Shown here piece by piece: positions 36,401 through 49,242 of a DNA stretch of 64,000 nucleotides. Source of the stretch: Squalus acanthias (lineage: Eukaryota); contig JASTWF010000338.1 in assembly GCA_030390025.1 (NCBI GenBank), positions 1 through 64,000 of the forward strand. The letters are read 5' to 3'. A program made the position numbers and the translations under genes. The first letter of the stretch is position 1. Every line of letters begins with the position of its first letter. Below the pieces are notes generated by a model. It saw only the letters and a program-made list of their open reading frames with translations, had not been told where the DNA came from and did no database searches.

Positions 36401-39400
36401 CCCTTCTTCTCTTTGTACACCTTCCGCAGGGCCGGGTCCTCGACGACTTGACCGAGACGGGACTCCAGGTCGAGCACTTCTTTCTCCAATCGCCCAACCC
36501 GGGCCTCCCGCCTCTTGGTCGACCCCTTCGCGTACTCCTGACAGAAGACGCGGACGTGAGCCTTGCCCACGTCCCACCATAGCCTCAAGGAGGGGAAGCC
36601 TCCCCGCTTCCTTCTCCAGTCGGCCCAGAACTGGCGAAACGAATCCCGGAACCGCGCGTCCTCCAGCAGCAGGTTGTTAAAATGCCAGTACGCGGACCCC
36701 CCCCTGCGCGCGCAGCGGAGCGAGCTCCGCCCACACCAGGTGGTGGTCCGTGCACGGCACCGGCCGCATGGAAGCCGCCGGAACGCAGGAGACGTACGCC
36801 CGGGAAATGTAAAGGCGGTCGATTCTGGACCTTCCTCCTCCAGACCTCACGCTCGTGAAGGCGCTGGAGTCGGGATGGAGATTTCGCCAGACGTCCACCA
36901 AGTCGAAGGACCCGACCAGGTCCCGCAACTTCTCCATCGCCGCCGGGCTTCGCGGGGGACCCGACCGGTCCCGCGCCTCGAGGGTACAATTGAAATCCCC
37001 CCCGAGGATGACGCACTCGCCCACGTCGATGGAGCCCAGAAGAGCGGACACTTCTCCGAAGAAGCGCACTTGCTGCCTCCCAGGCGAACAGTGACCTGGA
37101 GCAAGCGGCCCGGCACGTGCTCCTTGACCCTCAAGATCTCCGGCTGAAAATGCGGGGCCAGCAAGACAGCCACCCCGCAGGAATTGTTGGAGAGGTGACT
37201 CATGCTGACCCCTCCTTGCCACTCCAGGAGCCACGTGGCCTCGTCTCCCGGAACGGTGTGGGTTTCTTGCAGGAAGCACACCGCATATTTCCCGTCCCGA
37301 AGGACCGAGAAGTTATTGAATCTACGGCGCGCCTCCCTGCTGCCGTTGATGTTGAGGCTGGCTATGGTTATCTTCATCTCAGAAGCATAGTGCAACCTCT
37401 ACCTAACGGGGGGGAGGGAGCGCGGTCACTGACGACCGCCACTCCCTCAGCAGCCCAGTGTGGAATGTCTTGAGCCGACGCAGCTCGAGCCGGCCAACGT
37501 CCTTGTCCGCGCCCATGATTTTAATGGCGGCGCGGACGGACACGACGAGCAGCGCCAGCTCCGACCACTTGTCGAGGGCCAGCCGGATCTTCTTGTGACG
37601 ACCCTGGCTCGTGGCCATAAAATCCCGGAGTTCCCCTACGGGGATGAGGGGAGAGTCGGTGAAGGGCACGAGGGCGTCCATCGCCTCGCTGCCGATGGAC
37701 TCCAAATCGTCCTCGGTGCCCAACACCGAGTCCCCGTCCTCCTCCGGGAGGTCGTCACCGGCGGCCAACCCGTCCGTCGCACGGGGTGCAGCGAACGGCT
37801 CGGCCGCACCGGCCGGCCCCGCCTCCGTCACGATCCCACCCCCAGGATCGGTGGCAGAGGAGTCCACCCTGGGCTCCTTCAGGGGCGCCGGGCCGGGAGG
37901 CGGCGGCGGTTCGGGGCCCCCCCCCCGCCTCAGGCGCCGGGGCGACCGGAGAAACCGGGGAGAAAATAATCCCAAATTCCTCCAGCACGTCCGGCGCCAA
38001 CAACAGAGACGGAGTCAGGGGGCTTTCCGTCTCCCCGCCACCAACCTCCGACCCAGCGGGCTGGGGATTGCTACACTCCTCCACCAGGTCGAGCAGTCCC
38101 TGGGAGATATCTGGGTTATAAAAGGCGGGCTCGGCTTCAGCCTCTTTGGCCTCGCCCGCCCCAGTCCCCAGGACGCCCGACCCGGCGAGGAGCAACGGTT
38201 CTGGATTTTTATTAATATCCGCGGGTTGTTCCGCGCCCCCCCCCCACGGGCAGGGTCTCTTCCCCATCCCCGGGAGGCACAGGTCGGACAGACTCGGCTG
38301 TCTCACCCTCCCGAGGGACAGGCGACCCCCGCCGATCGCGCGCGACGATGACGGTGGTGGGGTGGGGCGCAGCACCCGCGGCGGGCGACTGCCCCCCTTT
38401 TGCGGAGGGACCTTCCTCCTCGCAGTCCTCCTGCTGGGGGTCGGAGCTTCCTTTTTAACAAGTTGGGGCCCGGAGAGGGGGAGGCCTCCATGTCTGCTGG
38501 GGCCTCCCTCTCTGCCCCCTTCCGACGACTGGGTTTCTTGGGCCCCTCGGGCCCGAGCCCGGCCGCAGGTCTTGATTTAGTTGCCTTGGCAGTTGCGGCC
38601 ACGGTCACGGGCCCGGGCACGAGGACCCCCCCAGTCTCACGCGGCCCGATCAACTCCGCGATGTACTCGGGCGTGAGTTCGGTCAACTCCGATGTTTCCT
38701 CCGCGAGGGGATCCGCCCTTAGATGTTTAGTTTTCCTACGCGCCTTCCTTCCCCCCGGACGCTCTCCCTCCCCCCCGCCGGAGGCCGTGGTGGTGTTGGC
38801 CTCCGATTTCGACCGCGCATCCGTCGCCGTCGATGCGCGGACAGTATCAGGGGGAGGGGGGGCGGCGGTGCCAACCCTGGCCGCGCCAGGTGTCGTGGCG
38901 GCCTTGGAGGCGGGGCAGTTTTTCCGGACGTGCCCCACCTCCTTACAGGCGTAGCACCGCACGCCGTCCGAGGTCCAGAAGACGCGGTGGGCGGTCCCCC
39001 CGTGGAGCACCGTGAACGCGCCGTCCGCGTCCTCCTCCCGCGCCAGCCGGACAAAAAGCTGGCGCCGGAAGGAGAAGACGTGCCGAAGGCTGGCTTCCCG
39101 GAAGCCGAGCGGGATGGGTGTGATCCCCGACCTCACCTCCCCCAGTTGACATAGGTGGGGGAGGAGGAGCTCACCCGGAACAAAGGGCGGGACGTTGGAA
39201 ACAACTATCCTTTGCGCGGTGGCCTCAAGGGGGTCCACCGGCAGGAAGGTCCCGCCCACGGTGAGCCCCTTCTCGATGGCCAGGGACACCGCCGCTCCGA
39301 CCCCAGGAAGAACACAGCCTTGCCGTACATTTTAGAGGCGGCGACAATGGCTGAAGGGCCGACAACCCCAGCCATGGCTTTCATGCACGCCTCTATTGTC

Positions 39401-40630
39401 ATATTGGGGTGAGTGTAGCTCTTGACCCCATTCTTCCTCGTAAGGAGGGTAAAAGGTGACGGGGTAACAGGAGGACTCGTGGCTGCGGCCGTGGCCGCGG
39501 CTGCCACGCTCGCATACGTCCTCGCTGCCCCCGCCACCGACGAAGATGTGCTCGCCATAATGGACGGGTCTTTAAGGGCTACACTCACCCCAAGTCACAG
39601 GCCTGAAGGTGTTAATGGCCTCGGTTTTGTATTTTTTTTTCCCCTGAGCAGAGGGAGCTCTGAAATTGAAGGCACACCTCTCCCTTTATTTGATTGAATT
39701 GGGAGAGGGGCCTTCTCCCCTCTGCTCAATAGGTACTTAATTAAAAGTTTAATGAGGTGCCTCTTAGAGAGAGAGGCAGAGAGAGACAAGAGACAAAGAG
39801 AGAGAGAGAGAGGGGGTGGGAAGGAGGGAAGCCGCAAGGGCAGGGTCGCCACTCAGGATGGTGGGTGGGTGGGTGTTGGCAGGGGGTGCACTCTCCGATG
39901 TAAATAAAAGTCTTTGGTGGTGGTCTTCTGGTGGGGGGAGAAGATGTCTTCACCTGGGAAAGCTGGAGATGCCCAGGCTCAGTCCTGCACCAGGTCTTAA
40001 CGATGCCCAATTAGATGAACTTAAATTGGGGAACTTCACCTAGGCAGCTCCAGCTGTCCCAGGCCAGGCAATGGGAAAGGGGTGTTTAATATGGTGTGTG
40101 CGGCCTAGTTTTTACAAAAGCCACACACACACACACACCCCTTGGATGTTCCGGCCCTCTTCTTTTCTTCTTTCCTCCCCCTACCTACAAAACAAAGTCT
40201 CTGGGAGAGTGCCCCAGAAATAACACCCACCTGTAGCTGATGTTCTTTCTTTCTTTCTTCCTCCTTCCAAACAGATGATGGTTGTTGGTGTTGTTTTCGC
40301 CCCTCTCTCCCTCTCTCCCTCTCCTAAAATGGAGGCCAATTGAGGAGGCAGTGATGGAAAGGCCTCTCCTCTGGTGTTGATGGCCTTGGCCTTCCTTTCT
40401 TCTCCCTCTCCTCTCCTGTCCTCTCTCTCCAGGCACCTCAGTTGTGGTTGTGGATGTGTTGGTGGTGGTCTGCTGTCTGGTCTCCTTCTCCTCTTCCTGG
40501 TCACAGAGACCACCACTCTGCTTCTGCTGCTGCTCCTCACTCTCCTTCTCCTGGCTGCTGAGGCTATAACCTGGTGTTGTGCGACTCCTCACTTTTGTCC
40601 ACCCCAGTCCAACACCGGCATCTCCGCATC
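33429..40630 (+). mobile_element. Short Penelope pLTR fragment (33429-33501 + 40564-40630) with degenerate hammerhead, split by Tx1
   Basis: Joined halves match 5016-5140. Confidence 0.85.
33502..40563 (-). mobile_element. Full-length Tx1-clade non-LTR retrotransposon (7.06 kb), 15-bp TSD
   Basis: ORF1 from ~39561 with CYACKEVGHVRKNC knuckle; ORF2 from ~37377 (ASLNING, LQETH, GGDFN, TDHH; QGCPMS, YADD; CxxC..H...C); few disablements; TSD ctataacctggtgtt at 33487-33501 / 40564-40578. Confidence 0.95.
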
Positions 40631-41090
40631 ACAGTTCTCCGAAGTGGCTCCTTTACAAAGATGGCGGCGCACGCGCTCTACTGCTTCATGAAGCAAGGAG
40701 GCAGCGCAAAAACCCTCAGAGCTCCTGTACAATGATGGCGGCCGTTAACCTGGGCCTGTTCCCGGGAAAAAGCCTCCGAGCTGCAAACGCGGAACCTATC
40801 GGTTCTCATTCGGGGCTTGCGGCCTACACCAGGTGTTTATGAAGTTCACCCATCGGGTGCGTTACCTCCCTGCGCCCCCTGATTCGTAATCGGCCTCAAA
40901 ACCGCGTCAGAAATCTTTCTGCGTGTGTCGCACGCTCACAGCCCTGATCACAGTGGCACTGCGCATGCTCCAAATATAGGCGGACACTGCGCCGGCGCAC
41001 TGGGCTCCTCCTGTGCAAATGGGGCACATTCTCCCCCGCGGGGCATGCTGGGGAACATTGAAAGCCCCAATTAGTGAATGGAGAATGAGT
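40630..41090 (-). promoter_or_regulatory. CpG promoter / exon 1 of ZNF-C
   Basis: Homologous to 19010-19450; donor gag|gtaacg at 40865. Confidence 0.7.
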
Positions 41091-41154
41091 TTCTGTGATC
41101 CCATTGAGAGAAAATTCATCAATAATTCGCACAGAAACCCAAGTGCACGGGCAC

Positions 41155-41335
41155 TCTGCCATGATTCTGTCCTGGATGTGATTAATAACAGAATCCAAAC
41201 CCCTGCAGACACATGTGAACTCACTGGAGTCTCAGCAGGTGGGGTGAATTTCTTCCCACACACAGGATATTGAAACAGCCTCTCTCCAGTATCAGTGCGC
41301 TGATCGTGCATCAGCTGCTTTGAACTTTGAAAGCT
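41155..41335 (-). pseudogene. Degenerate ZNF 3' remnant with 3' UTR
   Basis: HQRTDTGERLFQYPVCGKKF; UTR matches units A and C. Confidence 0.7.
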
Positions 41336-41804
41336 CTTAGAGTCATAGTGTTATACAGCACAGAAAGAGGCCCTTCAGCCCATCGTGTCCACGCCGGCCA
41401 TCAAGCCTTGTCTATTCTAATTCCATTTTCCAGCACTTGGTCCGTAGCCTTGAATACTATGGCGTTTCAAGTGCTCATCTAAATACTTCTTGAATGTTGT
41501 GAGGGTTCCTGCCTCTACCACCCTTTCAGGCAGTGAGTTCCAGATTCCAACCACCCTCTGGGTGAAAAAGTTTTTCCTCAAATCCCCTCTAAACCTCCTG
41601 CTCCTTACCTTGAACCTATGCCCCCTGGTTATTGACACCTCTACTAAGGGGAAAAGTTCCTTTCCATCTACCCTATCTATGCCCCTCATAATTTTGAACA
41701 CCTCAATCAGGTCCCCCCTCAGCCTTCTCTGCTCTAAGGATAACAACCCCAGCCTGTCCAGTCTCTCTTCATAGCTGAAGCACTCCAGCCCAGGTAACAT
41801 CCTG

Positions 41805-43039
41805 GTGGATAAAGGGGAACCAGTGGATGTCGTGTATTTAGACTTCCAGAAGGCATTCGACAAGGTGCCACATAAAAGATTATTACTCAAGATAAAAAAT
41901 CACTGGATTGGGGGTAATATTCTGGCATGGGTGGAGGATTGGTTATCTAACAGGAAGCAGAGAGTTGGGATAAATGGTTCATTCTCGGACTGGCAACCAG
42001 TAGCCAGTGGTGTTCCGCAGGGGTCGGTGCTGGGTCCCCAACTCTTTACAATCTATATTAACGATTTGGAGGAGGGGAACCGAGTGTAACATATCAAAGT
42101 TTGCAGATGATACAAAGATGGGAGGGAAAGTAGAGAGTGAGGAGGATATAAAAAACCTACAAGGGGATATAGACAGGCTGGGTGAGTGGGCAGAGATTTG
42201 GCAGATGCAATACAATATTGGAAAATGTGAGGTTATGCACTTTGGCAGGGAAAATCAGAGAGCAAGTTATTATCTTAATGGCGAGAAACTGGAAAGTACT
42301 GCAGTACAAAGGGATCTGGGGGTCTTGGTGCAAGAAAATCAAAAAGTTAGTATGCAGGTGCAGCAGGTGATCAAGAAAGCCAATGGAATGTTGGCTTTTA
42401 TTGCTAGGGGGATAGAATATAAAAACAGGGAGGTATTGCTGCAGTTGTACAAGGTATTGGTGAGACCGCACCTGGAGTACTGCATACAGTTTTGGTGTCC
42501 ATACTTAAGAAAAGACATACTTGCTCTCGAGGCAGTACAAAGAAGGTTCACTCGGTTAATTCCGGGGATGAGGGGGTGGACATACGAGGAGAGGTTGAGT
42601 AGATTGGGACTCTACTCATTGGAGTTCAGAAGAATGAGAGGCGATCTTATTGAAACATATAAGATTGTGAAGGGGCTTGATCGGGTGGACGCGGTGAGGA
42701 TGTTCCCAATGATGGGTGAAACTAGAACTAGGAGACATAATCTTAGAATAAGGGGCTCCTCTTTCAAAACTGAGATGAGGAGAAACTTTTTCACTCAGAG
42801 GGTAGTGGGTCTGTGGAATTTGCTACCCCAGGAAGCTGTGGAAGCTACTTCATTAAATAAATTTAAAACAGAAATAGACCGTTTCCTAGAAGTAAAGGGA
42901 ATCAGGGGTTACGGGGAGCGGGCTGGAAATTGGACATGAGTTTGAGTTCGGATCGGTCAAGGCCCTGTGGGTGGCGGAGCGGGCCCAGGGGCCGAGTGGC
43001 CTGGTCCTGCTCCTACTTCTTGTGTTCTTATGTTCTTAT
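41805..43039 (+). mobile_element. Nested 5'-truncated CR1
   Basis: RT C-terminus; tail tgttcttatgttcttatg. Confidence 0.9.
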
Positions 43040-44644
43040 GAATCTCCTCTGCACCCTCTCCAATACAATCACATCCTTCCTATAGTGTGGCGACCAGAAC
43101 TGCACACAGTATTCCAGCTGTGGCCTAACTAGCGTTTTGAACAGCTCCATCATAACCTCCCTGCTCTTATATTCGATGCCTTGGCTAATGAATGCAAGTA
43201 TCCCATATGCCTTTTTAACCACCTTATCTGCCTGTCCTGCTGCCTTCAGGGATCTATGTACATGCACACCAAGGTCCCTCTGATCCGTTGTCCTTCCTAG
43301 GGTCCTACCATTCATTGTGTATTCCCTTGCCTTGTTAGTCCTCCCAAAATGCATCACCTTACACTTTTCAGGGTTAAATTCCATTTGCCACTGTTCTGCC
43401 CATCTAACCAACCCGTCTATATCGTCCTGTAGCCTGAGGCTTCCCTCCTCGCTATTTACCACTCCACCAATTTTCGTGTTATCTGTGAACTTACTGATCA
43501 TACCTCCTACATTCATATCTAAATCATTAATGTACACTACAAACAGCAAAGGACCCAGCACCAATCCCTGCAGTACACCACTGGACACAGGCTTCCAGTC
43601 ACAAAAACAACCTTCGACCATCACCCTCTGCCTCCTGCCACTAAGCCAATTTTGGATCCAATGTGCCAAATTGCCCTGGATCCCATGGGCTCTTACCTTC
43701 TTGACCAGTCTCCCATGCGGGACTTTGTCAAAAGCCTTACTGAAGTCCATGTAGACTACATCAACTGCACTACCCTCATCCACGCACCTAGTCACCCCCT
43801 CGAAAAATTCAATCAAATTGGTTAGACACGATCTCCCCCTGACAAAGCCATGCTGACTATTCTTGATTAATCCTTGCCTCTCCAAGTGGAGACTAATTCT
43901 GTCCCTTAGAATTTTTTCCAATAATTTCCCTACCACTGATGTTAGGCTCACTGGCCTGTAATTCCCTGGTTTATCCCTACTACCCTTCTTGAATAATGGT
44001 ACTACGTTAGCTGTTCTCCAGTTCTCTGGCACCTCCCCTGTGGCCAGAGAGGATCTGAAAATTTGGGTCAGAGCCCCTGCAATCTCCTCCCTTGCCTCAC
44101 ACAGCAGCCTGGGATACATCTCGTCAGGGCCTGGGGATTTATCCACTTTTAAGCCCGCTAAAACCGCTAGTACCTCCTCCCTCGCAATGCTAATTTGTTC
44201 AAGTATATCACAATCCCCCTGCCTGATTTCTATGCCTACATCGTCCTTCTCCATAGTGAACACAGATGCAAAATATTCAATTAAAACCTCAGCCACATCT
44301 TCCGGCTCTACACACAGATTGCCACTTTGGTCCCTAATGGGCCCTCCTCTTTCCCTGGTTATCCTCTTGCCCTTAATATACTTATAAAACACCTTGGGAT
44401 TTTCCTTTATTTTGCCCGCCAGTGTTTTTTCACGCCCCCTCTTCGCTCTCCTGATTTTTTTTTATACTCCTGTCTATAATCCTCTAGGGCTTCCATTGTT
44501 TTTAGTCCTTTGTATCTGCCAAAAGCCTCCCTTTTTTCCCGAATCCATTCTCGTATATCTCTTGACATCCAGGGTTCCCTGGGCTTGTTGGTCGCACCCT
44601 TGACCTTTACGGGAACATGTTGCCGTTGTACTCTCTCTATTTCC

Positions 44645-44802
44645 AAGGAAAGATTTGAATAGATTTTTTCTGTGTTTATATTGTGAATTCTGGGAGATTC
44701 TCTCACAGCTACCTTACCTGAAGAAGGAGCGAACAGCTCCGAAAGCTTGTAAAATTAAATAAATCTGTTGGACTATAACCTGGTGTTGTGCGACTTCTGA
44801 TT
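44645..44802 (+). mobile_element. Penelope pLTR fragment, TSD tatttcc
   Basis: Shares ctgttggactataacctggtgttgtgcgacttc with 5067-5099. Confidence 0.85.
44714..44752 (+). ncRNA. Minimal hammerhead ribozyme
   Basis: uuac-CUGAAGA-a-GGAGC gaaca GCUCC-GAAA-GCUU-guaa. Confidence 0.8.
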
Positions 44803-45257
44803 TATTTCCTTTCTGAAAGACTCCCACTGCTCTGATGTGGATTTTCCTACAAGTCGCTGATCCCAGTCCACTTTGGCCAGATCCTGCCTTATCATATTAA
44901 AATCGGCCTTCCCCCAATTTAGAACCTTTATTTCCGTTCCAACTTTTTCCTTATCCATGACTACCTTAAATCTCACCGAATTATGGTCACTGTCACCAAA
45001 ATACTCTCCTACTGACACTTCTACCACTTGCCCGGCTACATTCCCTAGAATTAGGTCCAGTACCGCCCCCTCTCTTGTAGGGCTTTCTACATGCTGTCTC
45101 AAAAAGCTCTCCTGGATGCACTTTAAGAATTCTGCACCCTCCAAGTCTTTCACATTCTGACTATCCCAGTTAATATTGGGGCAGTTGAAATCCCCTACTA
45201 TTATTACCCTATTATTTCTACACTTCTCTGAGATTTGCCTACATATCTGTTCCTCTA

Positions 45258-46008
45258 CGATAGCAAAATACTGCAGATGCTGGAAATCCGAAATAACAAC
45301 AGAAAACGCTGGAAAAACTCAGCAGGCCAGGCAGCATCCGTAGAGAGAGAAAGAGAGTTGACGTTTCAGGTCGATGACCTTTCATCAGAACTGGGAAGAG
45401 CTGGAAATCAAATAGATTTAAGGCCAGGGTAAAGCTGGGAAAAGGGGGAGGGGATAAAGGAACAAAGGAGGAGATGAAGAGACATTAAGAGACATTAAGA
45501 GATATGCAAGGCTAGAGGTGGTGTTGATGTGACAGATTAAGGCTGAATGAAGTGTGAAATCCACTGGCAGAATGAAGGACAGCTGCCAGCTTCTAGGAGG
45601 AAAAAAAAGGTGGGGGGGACAAATAAAAGGGTGGATAAAATAAAATATAAATGTGATTGGAGCTGAGGTTATGATCTAAAATTGTTGAACTCGATATTGA
45701 GTCCAGAGGGCTGTAGCGTGCCTAAACGAAAGATGAGGTGCTGTTCCTCGAGCTTACGCTGAGCTTCCGTGGAACAGTGTAATAGGCCGAGGACGGTGAG
45801 GTCAGAGTGGGAGTGAAGCGGTGAATTAAAGTGACAGGCCACCGGGAGCTCGGGGTCCCCCTTACGGACTGAACGGAGGTGTTCCGCAAAGCGGTCACCC
45901 AATCTGCGTTTGGTCTCCCCAATGTAGAGGAGTCCACATCGTGAGCAGCGAATACAGTATACTAAATTGCAAGAAGTACAAGTAAATCGCTGTTTCACCT
46001 GGAAGGGG
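45258..46008 (-). mobile_element. 5'-truncated Penelope-like element (second family) with GIY-YIG endonuclease, 10-bp TSD tgttcctcta
   Basis: FTCTSCNLVYCIRCSRCGLLYIGETKRRLGDRFAEH...GLN; pLTR with hammerhead. Confidence 0.92.
45356..45392 (-). ncRNA. Minimal hammerhead ribozyme (second family)
   Basis: aguu-CUGAUGA-a-AGGUC auc GACCU-GAAA-CGUC-aacu. Confidence 0.85.
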
Positions 46009-46119
46009 TGTTCCTCTATCTCCCCCTGACTGTTTGGGGGCCTATAGTACACTCCCAGCAAAGTGCTTGTCCCCTTTTTGTTTTTAGATGGAAGCCATTT
46101 GGCCTGTCGAACCTGCTCC

Positions 46120-49100
46120 GAGGTAGATGCTGAGAGGATATTTCTCCTCATGGGGGAATCTAGAACTAGGGGGCACAGTCTCAGAATAAAGGGTCGCCCA
46201 TTTAAAACTGAGATGAGGAGGAATTTCTTCTCTCAGATGGTCGTGAATCTGCGGAATTCTCTACCCCAGAGAGCTGTGGAGGCTGGGTCATTGAATATAT
46301 TTGAGGTGGAGATCGACAGATTTCTGAATGGTAAGGGAGCCGAGGGTTATGGGGAGCGGGCAGGGAAATGGATTTGAGGTCAAGATCAGATCAGACATGA
46401 TCTTATTGAATGGTGGAGCAGGCTCGAGGGGCCGAATGGCCGACTCCAGCTCCTACGTCTTATGTTCAACCAACGTCCAGCCTGTGAGACTCGTGCACCC
46501 ACCTGAATCAACAGTGTAAATGTGGGGACTGTGGGAATGGATTCAGTTGCCCGTCTGAGGTAGAAACTCATGGATACAGTCACACCGGGGACAGGCCGTT
46601 CACTGGCTGTGTGTGGAAAGAGATGCACTCACTCATAAGAACAGCAGGGAGGTTGTGCTTAAACTATATTAAACACTAGTTAGGCCTCAGCTAGAGTACT
46701 GCGTGCAGTTCTGGTCACCACATTACAGGAAGGATGTGATTGCACTGGAGGGGGTACAGAGGAGATTTACAAGGATGTTGCCATGTCTGGGGAATTTTAG
46801 CTATGCGGAAAGATTGGATAGGCTGGGGTTGTTTCCTTTGGAACAGAGGAGGCTGAGGGGAGACCTTATTGAGGTGTATAAAATTATGAGGGGCCCAGAT
46901 AGAGTGGACAGGAAGGACTTATTTCCCTCAGCAGAGGGGTCAACAACCAGGGGCCACAGATTTAAAGTAATTGGTAGAAGGCTTAGAGGAGATTTGAGGA
47001 GAAATTTCTTCACACACAGGGTGGTGGGGGTCTGGAACTCACTGCCTGAAAGGGTGGTAGAGGCAGAAACCCTCGCCACATTTAAAAAGTGCTTGGTTGT
47101 ACACTTGAAGAGCCGTAACCCACAGGGCTACGGACCAAGAGCTGTGAAGTGGGACTAGGCTGGATGGCTCTTTGTCGGCCGGCGCGGACACGATAGGCTG
47201 GAATGGCCTCCTTCCGTGCTGTGAATTTCTCTGATTCTATGATCAGGATCAGGATCAGGAGTCGGCCATACGGCCCCTCGAGCCTGCCCCATCTCACCTA
47301 CTGACACACCAGCATGTTCGTAATGGGGAGAATCCGTTCACTGCTCTGTATGTGGAAAGGGATTCAATCGATCAGAGGCTGAGACAGGAGGAATTATTCT
47401 GGGGAATAAGGAAATGGCAGAAACGTTAAACAAATATTTTGTATCTCTTCACAGTAGAAGACACAAAAAGCACCAAAAATAGTGGGGAACCAAGGGTCTA
47501 ATGAGGGGGAGGAACTTAACGTCATTAATATCAGTAGAGAAAAAGTACTAGAGAAACTAATGGGACTAAAAGCCGACAAATCCCATGGACCTGACGGCCT
47601 ACATCCTAGGGTTCTAAAAGAGGTGGCTGCAGAGATAGTGGATGCATTGGTTTTGATCTTCCAAAATTCCCCAGATTCTGGAATGGTCCCAGCGGATTGG
47701 AAGGTAGCAAATGTAACACCGCTATTCAAGAAAGGAGGGAGAGAGAAAACAGGGAACTACAGGCCAGTTAACCTGACATCAGTCGTCGGGAAAATGCTGG
47801 AATCCACTGTTAAGGAAGTGGTAACAGGACACTGAGAAAATAATAACATTATTAGGCAGAGTCACATGGTTTTATATGGTAAATCGTGTTTGACAAATTT
47901 ATTAGAGCTTTTTGAGGATGTAACTAGCAGGGTAGATAAAGGGGTACCAGTGGATGTAGTATATTTGGATTTCCAAAAGGCATTCGATAAGGTGCCACAT
48001 AAAAGGTTATTACACAAGATTAGGGCTCATGGGGTTGGGTGTAATATAGTAGCATGGATAGAGGATTGGTTAACGGACAGAAATCAGAGAGTAGGGATAA
48101 ACGGATCTTTTTCAGGTTGGCAGGCTGTAACTAGTGGGGTGCCGCAAGGATCAGTGTTGGGCCTCAGCTATTTACAATCTATATTAATGAGCTAGATGAA
48201 GGGACCGAGTGTAATGTATCCAAGTTTGCTGATGATACAAAGCTAGGTGGGACAGTAAGCTGTGAGGAGAACACAAAGAGTCTGCAAAGGGATATAGATA
48301 GACTAAGTGAGTGGGCAGTAAGGTGGCAGATGGAGTATAATGTGAGGAAATGTGAGGTTATTCACTTTGGTAGGAAGAATAGAAAAACAGAATATTTTTT
48401 AAATGATGAGAAACTTTTAAATGTTGGTGTTCAGAGAGATTTGGGTGTCCTCGTGCAAGAAACACAGAAAGCTAGCATGCAGGTACAGCAAGCAATAAGG
48501 AAGGCAAATGGCATGTTGGCCTTTATTGCAAGGGGTTGGAGTATAAGAGTAAGGAAGTCTTGCTACAATTGTACAGGGCCTTGGTGAGACCACACCTGGA
48601 GTACTGTGCACAGTTTTGGTCTCCTTATCTAAGGAAGGATATACTTGCCTTGGAGGCGGTGCAATGAAGGTTGACGAGATTGATTCCTGGGATGAGAGGG
48701 CTGTCCTATGATGAGAGATTGTGTAGAATGGGCCGATACTCTCTGGAGTTTAGAAGAATGAGAGGTGATCTCATTGAAACATACAAGATTCTGAAGGGGA
48801 TTGACAGGGTAGATGCTGAGAGGTTGTTTCCCCCTGGCTGGAGTGTCTAGAACTAGGGGCATAGTCTCAGGATAAGGGGTCGGCCATTTAAGACTGAGAT
48901 GAGGAGGAATTTCTTCACTCAGAGGGTTGTGAATCTTTGGAATTCTCTGCCCCAGAGGGCTGTGAATGTTCAGTCTTTGAGTATATTCAAGGCTGAGATA
49001 GATAGATTTTTGGACTCTAGGGGAATCAAGGGATATGGAGATCGGGTGGGAAAGTGGAGTTGAGGTCGATGATCAGCCATGATCTTATTGAATGGCGGAG

Positions 49101-49158
49101 CAGGCTCGAGGGGCCGTATGGCCGACTCCTGCTCTTATTTCCTATGTTCTTATGTTCT
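46120..49158 (+). mobile_element. Three plus-strand CR1 pieces (46120-46465, 46640-47240, 47388-49158)
   Basis: RT C-termini and tails. Confidence 0.9.
46470..47375 (+). pseudogene. Plus-strand degenerate C2H2 ZNF remnant (46470-46635, 47292-47375), split by CR1
   Basis: aaatgtggggactgtgggaatggattcag...cacaccggggacaggccgttc; ctgacacaccagc...ggggagaatccgttc. Confidence 0.7.
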
Positions 49159-49242
49159 TCTCTGCTGGGTTTTGGCAGGAATCGAGGAAAAAACAGCTGG
49201 AAATTCCCTGATCTGTGATTTACAAGGACACTTTCCCTGGTG

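Larger units (their letters stand above)
41337..46085 (-). mobile_element. CR1 LINE ORF2 (same family as 10907-14885) hosting three nested insertions
   Basis: Segments 41337-41806, 43040-44644, 44803-45257 and 46009-46085 join into one element. Confidence 0.9.

Noticed and set aside
33583..39697. Many plus-strand ORFs over Tx1
   Set aside because: Antisense shadows of GC-rich Tx1 ORFs
45669..46151. APE/GIY-YIG fusion protein
   Set aside because: Penelope fragment inserted into CR1 with a TSD; in-frame join is coincidental and there is no proper start
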